In this document: piece after piece, positions 47,192 to 56,755 of the stretch
Position numbering within the stretch: the stretch's first letter is position 1
Layout: each line of letters opens with the position of its first letter
IMG/VR virus record: IMGVR_UViG_3300036832_000775
Span: 1-64,000 of that record
From: a virus
Length of the DNA stretch: 64,000 nucleotides
Direction: 5' to 3' (one strand)
The notes under the pieces: generated by a model
The model's database searches: none
What the model saw: only the letters and a program-made list of their open reading frames with translations
Told to the model about the DNA's origin: nothing
Made by a program: the position numbers and the translations under genes

Positions 47192-50100
47192 CCACCCGCG
47201 GGCCGGAAGGTCCCAAACCAGCGCGGATCCCTGATCCTCTCGCCGTTCGGCCCCAAGATCGCATCATGGGCCTGATCCATCGTCATCTGGTTGTTCTGGT
47301 AAGCCCGCCAGATGCCGTTGGTGATGTCGGTTTGAGACGTAAAGTTCTTCTTTAGGTTCGTCTTGGCGCTCTTCTCTCCCGGCGTCCATCTGCCACGAAG
47401 CGCTTCCCAGGTGATCGATTGCATTTCGCGCGGCAGGATCCCCGCCTTTTCAGCCGCCCTGCGATAGGCCTCGGCGACGAACGGATAAAAGCCCTGGGCG
47501 CCAGTCTCGTTATGCGTCGGGCTGGCCGCCCCCATGCCAGACGCCGCCTCCGGCGCGCCCGCGCCCAGCGGACGTAGGAGAGCCGCCGCCACAGCGTGCG
47601 TGTCGCTGGTGACGTCGCCCTTCCGCGACCATGGCGCGATGATGTTGTTGAAGAACGAGCGCACTTTGTGGCCGCCGCCGAGCGCCTCTGAAATATCGCC
47701 CATGCTCTGAGCATGAAACGCCCGGATGGCGTTTGCGGCTTCGTTGGTCGAGCCCCACGAGACCGGGATTGGCTGGCCCGCGACGTTCTTATATTCATCG
47801 CTGTAGGCGGCGTTCACTCCGTCGTGGGTCCCGTCCGGATTGTTGATGTAATAGCCGTACTTGCGGTCGCCCTTGTCATCGATCCAATGCAGGGGCTCTC
47901 CCTTGGCTATTTCAATCTGCCTGCCGCCAGCGCCCTGCCATTTATAATCCGCATCGCTGATCGGCATCAGATGATCCGGCGGCCCGTGCGCCTCGTAATA
48001 GGCGCGCGTGTAGAACGCCTTCTGTTCTGGGGTCATCTGACTCCAGGGCTTCCCGGCGACCTCGTCGAGCTGGCGGAGAACGTCCTGCTGACTGACACTG
48101 TTCGGGGACATCACCTCGCCAGTTTTGGCGTTGTATCGCGTCTCCTTGCCAGTCGCCTGGTCGACCTCAACCCGCTCCGGATCCTTGCGAAGAGCGTAGC
48201 GATTCACCCAGTCGGTCATATCCCCGGTCATCGTGGCGTCTGGCGCGGTCGTTCCGGCGGTATGCGCGACCCAATCCGCGAGCGTGACGTTCTGATCCCA
48301 GTCTTTCTGCGGCGACATTGCCGCCACAACGCCGGCTGCGTTCTCGTGCGGGATATCGTGGGTCAACGCGATATCGCGCGATCGGCCGTGCGCGCCCTCG
48401 TACCAGAGACGAGAACCGTTCTTCACCGCATCGCTTATTCGCTGGTAGAGACCGCTGATATTGTCGGTCATGTGCCCGATTAAGGCCTCATGGATCTCCG
48501 CATCGGTCGCGCCAGGCGCCACCTTGATGAAGGGGATCTTGCCGCTCCGGACCATGTCGGCGACGGCCTTGCCGTATCTCGGCCCCGCTTGCTTCACTAG
48601 GTCCATGCCGACGTGCGCGTCGTTGTTCGCGTGGGCGGCCTGTTCGGCCTCGATCGGCGCATTTGGGTCATCGTTCCACGGGACCGAGGTCCCGACCCGG
48701 CTCTCGGGGAACTCTGGGTCGATATGTCGTTTGACGCCGTTGATGTCCAAGACCTGGGCGCGAGGCGTTGCCGCGGCCGCCGAGACGTCAGACCCGGCAC
48801 CGCCCAGGCGTGGCGCAGCTGCCTCCGGCACCCCATGCATGCCCATCGTCAGGTCACCGCCGAGCATCGGGTCGGATGCCAGCTCACTGCCAGCGCCATA
48901 AATGCCTTTCGCGAGATTCGCCTCGGTCTCTGGGCTCATCGTGCGCCAGCCGAACGCCGGGAACGGATCCGCGATAGTGCCAGCGATAGCTTTGGAGCCG
49001 AACTCGCCGGCCTTGCCGGCCGCGTAATCGAGGCCGCTCACTCCAGCGCTCACCTCGTCTCCCAGGGTCTTGCCCCATCGGCCGTACCAAGTTGTCGGCT
49101 CGGTCGGAGCTGCCTCCGGCTGCGGATATTGCTCGGGGTGCGCTTGCCGGAATTGCTCCGCCTGGGCCTCTTGCTGCGCTCGAGCTTGAGCGTTCGCCGT
49201 GAACGCATCCTGGCTCTGATCGTCAGGAGCTCCGCCGGCCTGGAAGCCATGGCGCGGCTGCATCAGCAGCTCGAGGCGACGGCGCAGGGCTTCGCTCTCA
49301 GAGACGCTGCCGCCGGCCGCGCGCGGCAAGATGTCCTGGCCCCAGCGCCAGCGGCCAGGCGAGCCCCACCACTGCATCGAGCGGGGCGCGCGCTCCATTT
49401 CGGCCGGATGGAAGTCGCGGCGCACGTCCATTGGCAAACCAAACCGGCCTTCGCCGGTATTGGCCGCCTGGACCTCGCCCGCGCTAGTGCCGTAGGCCAT
49501 GCCCTTCGCGGTCTCGATTAGCTCAGCGCGCGGCTTGCTCTTGTATTCCTTCTGGTTGAGCAACCACAGAAGCGCTTTTTGGCCAGGTGAGCCTTGTTGG
49601 TGCACCCCCTGCACATTCGGATTGGTGCCAGGAGGCCAGCCTTCGATATCTTGGACCGCATGCTGGCCTTCGTGAGCGAGCGTCGGGTAGGCCTCCCCGG
49701 GCGGCATGTCGGCGTTCAGGACGAAAGCCTTGGCGTCACGGTTGTAGCCGCCGAGGACGTCGCCCATGTGCTCCTTGCCGAGGAACCGGACCGGCATGTC
49801 GGCGAGCTCGGGGTAATTCTCGTAGAGCTCGGGGTGCTCGTAGACCTCCGACAATTTGTAGACGTCGCCAGGGCGGCCCCATTTTGAGTAGTCCGGCGGG
49901 TGAGTTGGGTCGGCGATCTCGGTATGCCAGTTGCCTTCCGGATCCTGGCCCCAGACATGGCGGTTCCAGACGTCGTAGGGGTGATCGCCGGCCTGCAGGC
50001 CCGCTTTCGCGGCGGCGAGGGCGTCGCGATCGACGTTTCGAGCGCCCGTGCCCAGGAACATCGCGCCGATCGGCGCGACCGAATGCGCGATCGTGGGCGC

Positions 50101-51213
50101 AGCTGCGTGCAAGGCGGGAGCGACGAACTTACCGACGTCAGGGACCGCGCCAACGCCGGACAGGGCGGCCTGGCCATAGTCGCCTTCGCTCCCATAGTGG
50201 TAGGCGTCAGCGCCGGACAGGACCTGGCCGCTGATGGGCGCGTAGTTCGCGACCGTCGAGGCGAGGGTCCCAAGGCCCCGCGGGCCGCCCATGCTTTCCG
50301 CGCCGGTTTCCAGCCCATGCTGAAGGCGTTCGGACGGAGGGAGGTCGGCGGGGCCGATCGTCCCGATGCCGCCCTGCGCCAGGATGTCCTTCGAGGTCAT
50401 CGGCGGCGGCGCGTCGGGGACCTGGGCTCCAGCGTCTGGATCGACCTCGCCCAGGTCGGTGACGCCGCCGTCCTGATAGTCGATGCGGCCGCCGGCAGCT
50501 CGCGTCGCGAAGGCGTCAGGGTCATGCCAGCCTGGCCCCTGTTCCCGGCCGACGAAGGTCGTATTGCCGATCTTCTCGCGGTTCAGCGCGGCGAGCGGTC
50601 CCGCCCAGCTCGGCGGCCGCGGCATGACCCCGTAATAATGGGTGGCGCCATAGGTCGGATCTGGGGTCGCGCCGCTGTAGACCTTGTCGACGAGGCGGCC
50701 GATGCGCGCGTAGTCACCAGGCCGATCGCGCTGCAGCGTATTGATCGTCGGCTGGCCTTCTGTCGCGCGGCCGGTGTTCCATGGAGAGAACTCATGGTAG
50801 CCGAGGCGCGGATTGACCCCTTCAGCCGGGGCCTTGACGACGCCCTCGATGCCTTGGCCGTAGCCGCCAGATCTGACCCGGTTAAGGATGGCGTGCGTGA
50901 CGCCGGCCTTGCCGAGCTCGGGCTCGCCTCGAGCCTCACCGTAGACGGTCTTGACCAGGAGATCGCGGTCGCTTGGGCTCAGCGGCGGCGGATTCCAGCC
51001 CAGCGGGGGCGCTACGGGATAGCGCGCGTCTCCGCCAATGCCGGAAGGCGGTTGAGGCTGCCTGGAGGCGAGCCGGAGCTCATCTGGAGGAGCTGAAAAC
51101 GGATCGTGGTCGACTGGCGCGACGTCATAGTCGTTCGGCGACGACGCCATCGAGCCGAAAGGGTTCCCCTCGACCGGATCAACGTCATAGTCGCCGAGGT
51201 CGCTACCCGCCAT
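47182..51213 (-). CDS. Polyvalent virion protein: SleB-like cell-wall hydrolase, LPD23-like HExxH domain, DUF7178-like (HhH-glycosylase-like) domain
   Basis: TVYGEARGE..ILNR..EFSPWN..GATHYY; HPELYENYPEL..LAHEGQHAVQDIEG..GEVQA; WY..AAMSPQKDW..KVRSFFNNI..DTHA..AY..A..MQSITW. Confidence 0.8.
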   Translation of the reverse strand: MAGSDLGDYDVDPVEGNPFGSMASSPNDYDVAPVDHDPFSAPPDELRLASRQPQPPSGIGGDARYPVAPPLGWNPPPLSPSDRDLLVKTVYGEARGEPELGKAGVTHAILNRVRSGGYGQGIEGVVKAPAEGVNPRLGYHEFSPWNTGRATEGQPTINTLQRDRPGDYARIGRLVDKVYSGATPDPTYGATHYYGVMPRPPSWAGPLAALNREKIGNTTFVGREQGPGWHDPDAFATRAAGGRIDYQDGGVTDLGEVDPDAGAQVPDAPPPMTSKDILAQGGIGTIGPADLPPSERLQHGLETGAESMGGPRGLGTLASTVANYAPISGQVLSGADAYHYGSEGDYGQAALSGVGAVPDVGKFVAPALHAAAPTIAHSVAPIGAMFLGTGARNVDRDALAAAKAGLQAGDHPYDVWNRHVWGQDPEGNWHTEIADPTHPPDYSKWGRPGDVYKLSEVYEHPELYENYPELADMPVRFLGKEHMGDVLGGYNRDAKAFVLNADMPPGEAYPTLAHEGQHAVQDIEGWPPGTNPNVQGVHQQGSPGQKALLWLLNQKEYKSKPRAELIETAKGMAYGTSAGEVQAANTGEGRFGLPMDVRRDFHPAEMERAPRSMQWWGSPGRWRWGQDILPRAAGGSVSESEALRRRLELLMQPRHGFQAGGAPDDQSQDAFTANAQARAQQEAQAEQFRQAHPEQYPQPEAAPTEPTTWYGRWGKTLGDEVSAGVSGLDYAAGKAGEFGSKAIAGTIADPFPAFGWRTMSPETEANLAKGIYGAGSELASDPMLGGDLTMGMHGVPEAAAPRLGGAGSDVSAAAATPRAQVLDINGVKRHIDPEFPESRVGTSVPWNDDPNAPIEAEQAAHANNDAHVGMDLVKQAGPRYGKAVADMVRSGKIPFIKVAPGATDAEIHEALIGHMTDNISGLYQRISDAVKNGSRLWYEGAHGRSRDIALTHDIPHENAAGVVAAMSPQKDWDQNVTLADWVAHTAGTTAPDATMTGDMTDWVNRYALRKDPERVEVDQATGKETRYNAKTGEVMSPNSVSQQDVLRQLDEVAGKPWSQMTPEQKAFYTRAYYEAHGPPDHLMPISDADYKWQGAGGRQIEIAKGEPLHWIDDKGDRKYGYYINNPDGTHDGVNAAYSDEYKNVAGQPIPVSWGSTNEAANAIRAFHAQSMGDISEALGGGHKVRSFFNNIIAPWSRKGDVTSDTHAVAAALLRPLGAGAPEAASGMGAASPTHNETGAQGFYPFVAEAYRRAAEKAGILPREMQSITWEALRGRWTPGEKSAKTNLKKNFTSQTDITNGIWRAYQNNQMTMDQAHDAILGPNGERIRDPRWFGTFRPAGGQP

Positions 51214-51379
51214 CAGCCATCTCGAAACCGGCCCGCTCGTAGAGGAAATCGTCGAGCGGCGTGTACTCGTCGTCGTCCCAATAGTGGGACAGGTCGATCC
51301 ATTCCTTGACCCATTCCCAGAGCTTCGCTGCGCCGTAATTCGCTTCTAGGGCCGCGAGCATCCCAGATTCGTCGCTCAT
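51203..51379 (-). CDS. 58-aa acidic Trp/Tyr-rich protein (absent from ORF track)
   Basis: ATGA overlap with portal stop; MSDESGMLAALEANYGAAKLWEWVKEWIDLSHYWDDDEYTPLDDFLYERAGFEMADGG. Confidence 0.55.
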   Translation of the reverse strand: MSDESGMLAALEANYGAAKLWEWVKEWIDLSHYWDDDEYTPLDDFLYERAGFEMADGG

Positions 51380-54186
51380 TTTCGTCGGATTCTGAAGTAC
51401 TGGCCCGTGCGAGGATGCTGGACGTAGAACTCGCCGTCCGGCGCGCGCCGCGCGAGCCCGTAAGGCGTGTCGATATGATGCTGGACCGAGCCGCCGGCCG
51501 CGCGTTGCGTTCTCGAGCTCGAGCTCGCCGGTCTCGGCTTCGCTTTCACCTCCTGCAGGCGCGCGCGATGCTCTTCCTGGCCCATCTGGGCCTCGTGCCG
51601 CTCTTCGCGCTGCGTGACCTGGTCCTCGTGAGCCTGTTCTTGCTGACCCATCGAGCGCTCGTGCGCCTGGGTGCGGTCCGTCATCATCGATTCATGCTGT
51701 CGGCCGCGCTCTTCGCGCTGCGATTCCATCTGCTGTTCGCGCGCGCCCATCACTTGCTCATGCTGACGGTCCTGCGCGCCCATGACCATGTCGGTCTGCG
51801 CCTTCTGCGCGCCCATCACGCGATCGTGCATCTGTTCTTGCTGGCCCATCTGGGCCTCATGCTGGCGATCGACCGCGTGCAGCTGCTGTTCGTGCGCCCA
51901 ACCGCCTCTCTCGAGGTTCATTTCGTGCGCCTGGTCGCGCAATTGCGTCGCGGTGTCATGCGCGCGATCGAACTGGTTCTGCTGACCCTCGAATTGCTGC
52001 TTCTGCCGTTCCATGAGCGGCTTCCGCGCCTCGTTGGAGGCCTGCGCATGCGCCGTTTGGGTCGCGAGCTGCTGTTTCTGCAGCCCCATCTTCGACGTCG
52101 CGATCTTCACTTGCGCGTCGACCATATGTTGCTGGTTGTCCATCGGCACGTTTTGCTTGTCGAGCTCCAGCTGACCGGCCTTTGTCTGCGCGTCGAGCAT
52201 CGAAGCCTGCCCGGTGAGCATTGCAGCTTGCGCTTTCGGATCCGGCGGCGGCCCTTGCGGCACTGGGTTCAAGTACTGATCCGGGTTCGCGAACCCGATT
52301 CCGCGAATGCATGTGCGGCGAATCACCAAGACGTTGAAAGCGCCAGGCTCATCCTTCGCCATTTGATAAAGAGCCGCATTCCTCAACATGCGCTGCAGAT
52401 GCGAGGCCGTGTTTGGGTCGGCCTTGGTGACGATCGAGTTCTCGTTGATCGCCTGCAGGAATAATTGCTCGTCCCACGAGAGGTTCGCCGGCATCTGAGG
52501 GCCGGAGCTCGCCTTCTTCTTCTGACGCCGGACCGTGCGCAGGAAGGATTCGGGATCCTCGCGGAAGCGATCGACCAGGAGCTGCAGCTCATCGCTCTGC
52601 GCCGCGCACAAGCGCTTGTGGGTCGCGAGGAGCGGTTTGATGGCTTGTTCGATTAACGCCAAGGTCGTGCCAACCGGGGCGTCCTGTCGCCCCTCGCCAA
52701 CCATCACCTCGGCAGTCCCTCCGAGGCTCTTGCCCTGTTCATTGAGCTGCTGAACGAAGCCCACCCAGACCGCGTCGGGGCTGCGGTAGGGCATGCCCAT
52801 TGCGACTTGCTGGATCGGTAGTCCGCCAGTCTCGACTTCAGCCGAGCCGCCTGGCGGAATGCGGAATATGTTGTTATTCTGTCTAGCGGCCCCCTTGGCA
52901 ACTAGAAGCCCTGGGAAATTGGCGAACATGCCAGCATCGACGATCTCTCGCCAAGCAGCGGTTATGCCATTAGTAATATTGCCAAGTAGATGAGACAGCC
53001 CAATAGCATAAAATCCGAACCCACGGATAAAGGGAAACTGGACAAAATAGGTCTTGGGCAGACACATTTCGTCGTCTTCATTGTAGTTTCTTCTGAGCTC
53101 GACGATTGTTCTTGTCTCTCTGTGTATGACGGCCTTGTAGGGGACCGCCAGGCCGTCAGGTGATCCGTCGGTCTCATGCTCGAAGCCATCGAGGTCCAGC
53201 TCGCAGTAGGTCTCCAGAAATTCGTGTTCGCGATCGTCTTGCTCCCAGCTGTCGTATTTACGCACGCCGGAGATTTGCTCGCTCTGCAGCTCGGTCGCTG
53301 ACTTCTCGATGTAGCCTGGCGTGGATAGGTCGACGTCGCGCCAGGCGCCGCAGATCTGCATGCGCTTGACCATCGAAGGGCGCATAAACACGCGGTGCGT
53401 GATCCGGCCCGCATCGTAGATCGAGGTTGCGCTATTGTTGACGATCAGGTCATCGCCAAACACCGCGCGAGAGATTGGCCGGCGGAGGATCGGATCGTGG
53501 CACACCTTCTTGAAGACGCATCCATCGAGCCCCACGCGCAACAACATCTGATCTGTGTCGGGAATCCAGGGCTTGTCGACGACGGTCAGATAGTGATTGA
53601 GATCGTGCTCCAGAGCGTCGGCGAGGTCGTCGAGTGCTGGAGTCGCGCCCGCCGTGTCCTCGGAGACTTTCGCGGGTCCGTCGGTTGGGCAAAGTTCAGC
53701 GAAGGCATTGGCCCCGAATCGTATCACTGCCTCCGCCAGTAGCGTGGCGCGGATCTGCGATTGACCTTCGAGCGGAGCTGAGCCCTCGGAGCCGCTCGAT
53801 CGCATCGATTCGATGCGCAGGCCCATGAGCTCCATGCCGCGAGCTCGCGTGTCGAGCCATTCACGGCGTGATTCGTTGTCTTGATCGATTAGGCGGATGA
53901 GCTCGTCGGCGAGTCCGTTGAGCTGCGTGTCGGGGAGCACCTCGGCGAGGTTATCGTCGAACTCGGTGTCTTCCTTCGCGATGCGCGGCGGCCCGATATA
54001 GACGATGACGCCGCCGTCATCGGTCTCGATCTTAGTGGCTTTGTCGTAATCGATGCCGCCGTCATCGTCTGAGAGGTCGACGTCCCTCGGCGTGAAGAGA
54101 CTCGACATGTCGTCGTCGTCATCAAAGCTGCCGTCAATAGGGCTCGGCGGCAGCCTGATCGCCCCAAGACCACCGAGCCCAGCCAT
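51376..54186 (-). CDS. Portal protein (P22-like) with long C-terminal extension
   Basis: FDDNLAE..D.ESRREW..LAEAVIRF..GCVFKKV..GFGFYAIGL..DAG..N..APVGTTLAL. Confidence 0.88.
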   Translation of the reverse strand: MAGLGGLGAIRLPPSPIDGSFDDDDDMSSLFTPRDVDLSDDDGGIDYDKATKIETDDGGVIVYIGPPRIAKEDTEFDDNLAEVLPDTQLNGLADELIRLIDQDNESRREWLDTRARGMELMGLRIESMRSSGSEGSAPLEGQSQIRATLLAEAVIRFGANAFAELCPTDGPAKVSEDTAGATPALDDLADALEHDLNHYLTVVDKPWIPDTDQMLLRVGLDGCVFKKVCHDPILRRPISRAVFGDDLIVNNSATSIYDAGRITHRVFMRPSMVKRMQICGAWRDVDLSTPGYIEKSATELQSEQISGVRKYDSWEQDDREHEFLETYCELDLDGFEHETDGSPDGLAVPYKAVIHRETRTIVELRRNYNEDDEMCLPKTYFVQFPFIRGFGFYAIGLSHLLGNITNGITAAWREIVDAGMFANFPGLLVAKGAARQNNNIFRIPPGGSAEVETGGLPIQQVAMGMPYRSPDAVWVGFVQQLNEQGKSLGGTAEVMVGEGRQDAPVGTTLALIEQAIKPLLATHKRLCAAQSDELQLLVDRFREDPESFLRTVRRQKKKASSGPQMPANLSWDEQLFLQAINENSIVTKADPNTASHLQRMLRNAALYQMAKDEPGAFNVLVIRRTCIRGIGFANPDQYLNPVPQGPPPDPKAQAAMLTGQASMLDAQTKAGQLELDKQNVPMDNQQHMVDAQVKIATSKMGLQKQQLATQTAHAQASNEARKPLMERQKQQFEGQQNQFDRAHDTATQLRDQAHEMNLERGGWAHEQQLHAVDRQHEAQMGQQEQMHDRVMGAQKAQTDMVMGAQDRQHEQVMGAREQQMESQREERGRQHESMMTDRTQAHERSMGQQEQAHEDQVTQREERHEAQMGQEEHRARLQEVKAKPRPASSSSRTQRAAGGSVQHHIDTPYGLARRAPDGEFYVQHPRTGQYFRIRRK

Positions 54187-54194
54187 GACGGACC

Positions 54195-54503
54195 TCAGTC
54201 AGCGACGAGAACCAATTCCTGGCCAAGAACCTTCTTTTCCAGCTCTTCGTCAAGCGGCTGCGCCAGGCAGAGCGTATTGTGCAGGCGCGTCGCCGCGATC
54301 CATTTGTCCGGCGGATCGCCCTTCTTCTTGAGCCGGTGGCCTGCCTGGAAGAGGTTTTTGACCTCGTCCTTGTCGACGACCTTCTCTTCCGGCTTTTTCT
54401 CCTCAGTTGAGGCGTCTTTCTTCTCGGACTCTTTTGCGGGCGGGGTAGGCGCGCCGCGAGGCGGTTGCTGCTGCGGCGGGGGTTGCTGTGGTGTCGTTGC
54501 CAT
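54195..54503 (-). CDS. Hypothetical protein
   Basis: AAGGAGG RBS before MATTPQ. Confidence 0.6.
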   Translation of the reverse strand: MATTPQQPPPQQQPPRGAPTPPAKESEKKDASTEEKKPEEKVVDKDEVKNLFQAGHRLKKKGDPPDKWIAATRLHNTLCLAQPLDEELEKKVLGQELVLVAD

Positions 54504-54554
54504 GGGAGTGCCTCCTTCGAGGGCGCGGATTCCGCGCATCGAAGGGGAGGTTCG

Positions 54555-54752
54555 TCAAGAGGTCCGCTGAACGGTCACACTGAAAGTCTGACCCCGAAAG
54601 CGGAAATGCGTCGATCCGCCGGAGCTGCCGATGATTTCGACGCCTTGCTGCGCCGTGAGGGCGGACGCGAGCGTCTTCGCCCAGACGAGGAGCCCCGCGT
54701 CGACTGGCGGGGCGCGATTAACCAGCGGCGGTTTCCTTTTCTCGTCAGCCAT
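54555..54752 (-). CDS. Hypothetical protein
   Basis: GGAG RBS, coupled ORF. Confidence 0.55.
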   Translation of the reverse strand: MADEKRKPPLVNRAPPVDAGLLVWAKTLASALTAQQGVEIIGSSGGSTHFRFRGQTFSVTVQRTS

Positions 54753-54987
54753 GACGCGCCGGTCTCCCCATCGATGGTCTCTTCGCCGCGCCGCCGATCG
54801 CCAGCGGCTTCGCGTGTCGCTCCTTACGCGACATCTTGCCGCGTTTCACGCCAAGCTTAGTCGGTTGGTTCGTTCCGGGGCGAAGCTCTCCGGCCTTTTG
54901 GAGAGTAGACGTTGCGACAGCCCACGGATTGACGTCGGGGCTCGATTTTTTGATCGCTTTAACCGCCTTGTCCAAGATCGCGGGCAT
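54745..54987 (-). CDS. Small basic protein
   Basis: AAGGAGG RBS; MPAILDKAVK..AVATSTLQKAG. Confidence 0.65.
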   Translation of the reverse strand: MPAILDKAVKAIKKSSPDVNPWAVATSTLQKAGELRPGTNQPTKLGVKRGKMSRKERHAKPLAIGGAAKRPSMGRPARHG

Positions 54988-55233
54988 CGTCGCCTCCTTC
55001 GCCGATCACGAGCATCCCTCGCAACCCGGCGTGCTTCAAGATGACCATCGCAAACTGGATCGCCTGATCGCGTGGGAGGGAAAGCCATGCGACCGGTTTG
55101 CCGAAATCGAGCCGCACCATAGGCGTGCCAACCGGCGCCGGATGGCCGCTGAGCGCGACGTTGATTCCACCTTCATCATCGTCGCTGAGCTTCCCGTGCG
55201 GGAAGTCGCCGGTCGGGCCGAGCTTCGACTCGT

Positions 55234-55554
55234 TCAATTGACGCCTCCCATCTGCCGGCGCACGTAGTCCTGGGCGAAGGCCTCGCACAGCGCAGCGTAG
55301 AAAGCGCGCGGGGTGAAGTACTTGAGATACTCGCCGCTGCCGATCTCTTCCTCGGAGCACGCGATGAGATGGACCGGGCCGTCGCGGATAATCTCGTCGA
55401 TTCCGTTGGTGAAGAAGAGTCCATCCGGCGTGTGCGTGACGTTGAGCTGGACGCCGTGCAGCTCGCCGATCTTCTTCGCGATCTGATCGAGGACCGGCCG
55501 AACCTCGAAGGCGCTGCGAATCTTCGCCTGGCCGCGCAGCTGGTGCTCGCTCAT
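55234..55554 (-). CDS. Hypothetical protein
   Basis: coupled ORF. Confidence 0.55.
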   Translation of the reverse strand: MSEHQLRGQAKIRSAFEVRPVLDQIAKKIGELHGVQLNVTHTPDGLFFTNGIDEIIRDGPVHLIACSEEEIGSGEYLKYFTPRAFYAALCEAFAQDYVRRQMGGVN

Positions 55555-55826
55555 GCCTTGCCTTTCATTTCTGGCTGTCCCTCGAAGCGCGCGATCTGCT
55601 CCTTCAGCATGGTGACGACGTCTTGGCGATCCGCGCCGTTGGAGATGTAATTGCAGCGGCCTTCCTTCTCGCCGAACGGGAACACCAGAAGCACGAAACC
55701 AGTCTTACGCTCCTTGCCTCTGAGACCCTCGTTAAACGTATCGTCGAGCGCCCGCGCGATGCCGTTCATCATATCGCGATATTCGTCCTCGATGGGCGCG
55801 TCGCCAAGACGTTCGCTCATGACCAA
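55551..55826 (-). CDS. Phage hypothetical protein
   Basis: GFVLLVFPFG..CNYISN..R.D motif. Confidence 0.7.
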   Translation of the reverse strand: MVMSERLGDAPIEDEYRDMMNGIARALDDTFNEGLRGKERKTGFVLLVFPFGEKEGRCNYISNGADRQDVVTMLKEQIARFEGQPEMKGKA

Positions 55827-56140
55827 CGCAGCCTTTCGTCGCTCTCCTCTTCGATCCGCTTCACCCAGTGGCGCACGTAATCCGGGTCATGGTCGTTGAT
55901 GTCGACCCACATCGGCCCCAGCGGGCGTGGCCACGCATGCAGCTTAAGCTCATGGTACGGGGCGGAGCGCGGGACCGGGCAGCCGCCGATATCGACCGTG
56001 TCGAACAACCAATTGATTGGTACGTACATCGGCATGAAGCGCTTGCTGATCTTCATCAGCGGCGCGACGCGGATCACCGCCGGAGCGGCGACGAGCGCTG
56101 CGAGCCCAGTGATGAATCCGCGTCGGCCGAGCTCGATCAC
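55817..56140 (-). CDS. Small twin-arginine protein
   Basis: LGRRGFITGLAALVAAPAVIR. Confidence 0.6.
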   Translation of the reverse strand: MIELGRRGFITGLAALVAAPAVIRVAPLMKISKRFMPMYVPINWLFDTVDIGGCPVPRSAPYHELKLHAWPRPLGPMWVDINDHDPDYVRHWVKRIEEESDERLRWS

Positions 56141-56323
56141 TGCAAGTCTCGCAGCGCTGAAATGACCTCTTGGATGGCAGCGCGCGGGATCAGAACGCCC
56201 TCGGCGTCATGATGCCAGAGATTCGTGATCTGGATGTAGTCGTCGTCCTCGAAGTCCTCGACTTTGGTGTTCTGCGCCTCGCCGTTCTCGTCGTCGTGCT
56301 TGATCAACATCGGCCCCTCCCCT

Positions 56324-56599
56324 TCACGGCGTCCTCGATCCTTCGATCTCCACAAATTTCAGCATCCCAGCGGCGCGCAGCGCGCGGGCCGGAAAATCGG
56401 GGATATATTTCTCTGCGATCTCCTCTGGAGTCGCCGCGACCATTTCCTCGCCGTCGACCGTAATCGGCTCGTCGACCCCGTCGACAAAGATGAGCCGATC
56501 GCCGGAGACCTCGACCGCGATGTCGACCCCGAACACCCGGTTGCCGACGAGATGCGCAATCCGGGTGAACCGTTCACAAGCTTCGTCGATTTCAGCCAT
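56324..56599 (-). CDS. Hypothetical protein
   Basis: GGAGG RBS before MAEIDE. Confidence 0.55.
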   Translation of the reverse strand: MAEIDEACERFTRIAHLVGNRVFGVDIAVEVSGDRLIFVDGVDEPITVDGEEMVAATPEEIAEKYIPDFPARALRAAGMLKFVEIEGSRTP

Positions 56600-56718
56600 A
56601 GGAATCCTCCGCAGAAAGCGGGCGGCCCCATCCGCTTCCGGCTGGGGGGCAAAAAAGAAACATCGGAGCCGCCCGGGCGGGGGATCTAACCACCCCGCCG
56701 ATTGCAGCCTACCCCGAT

Positions 56719-56733
56719 TTGCACTATTTGCAA
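56719..56733. promoter_or_regulatory. Operator-like palindrome TTGCA-N5-TGCAA
   Basis: TTGCACTATTTGCAA upstream of a counter-oriented gene pair. Confidence 0.75.
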
Positions 56734-56755
56734 GACGGGCGCTGGAGTCGAAAAC

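Noticed and set aside
56620-56660. Hairpin plus A-run as terminator
   Set aside because: The U-tract would lie 5' of the hairpin on the minus strand and is absent on the plus strand
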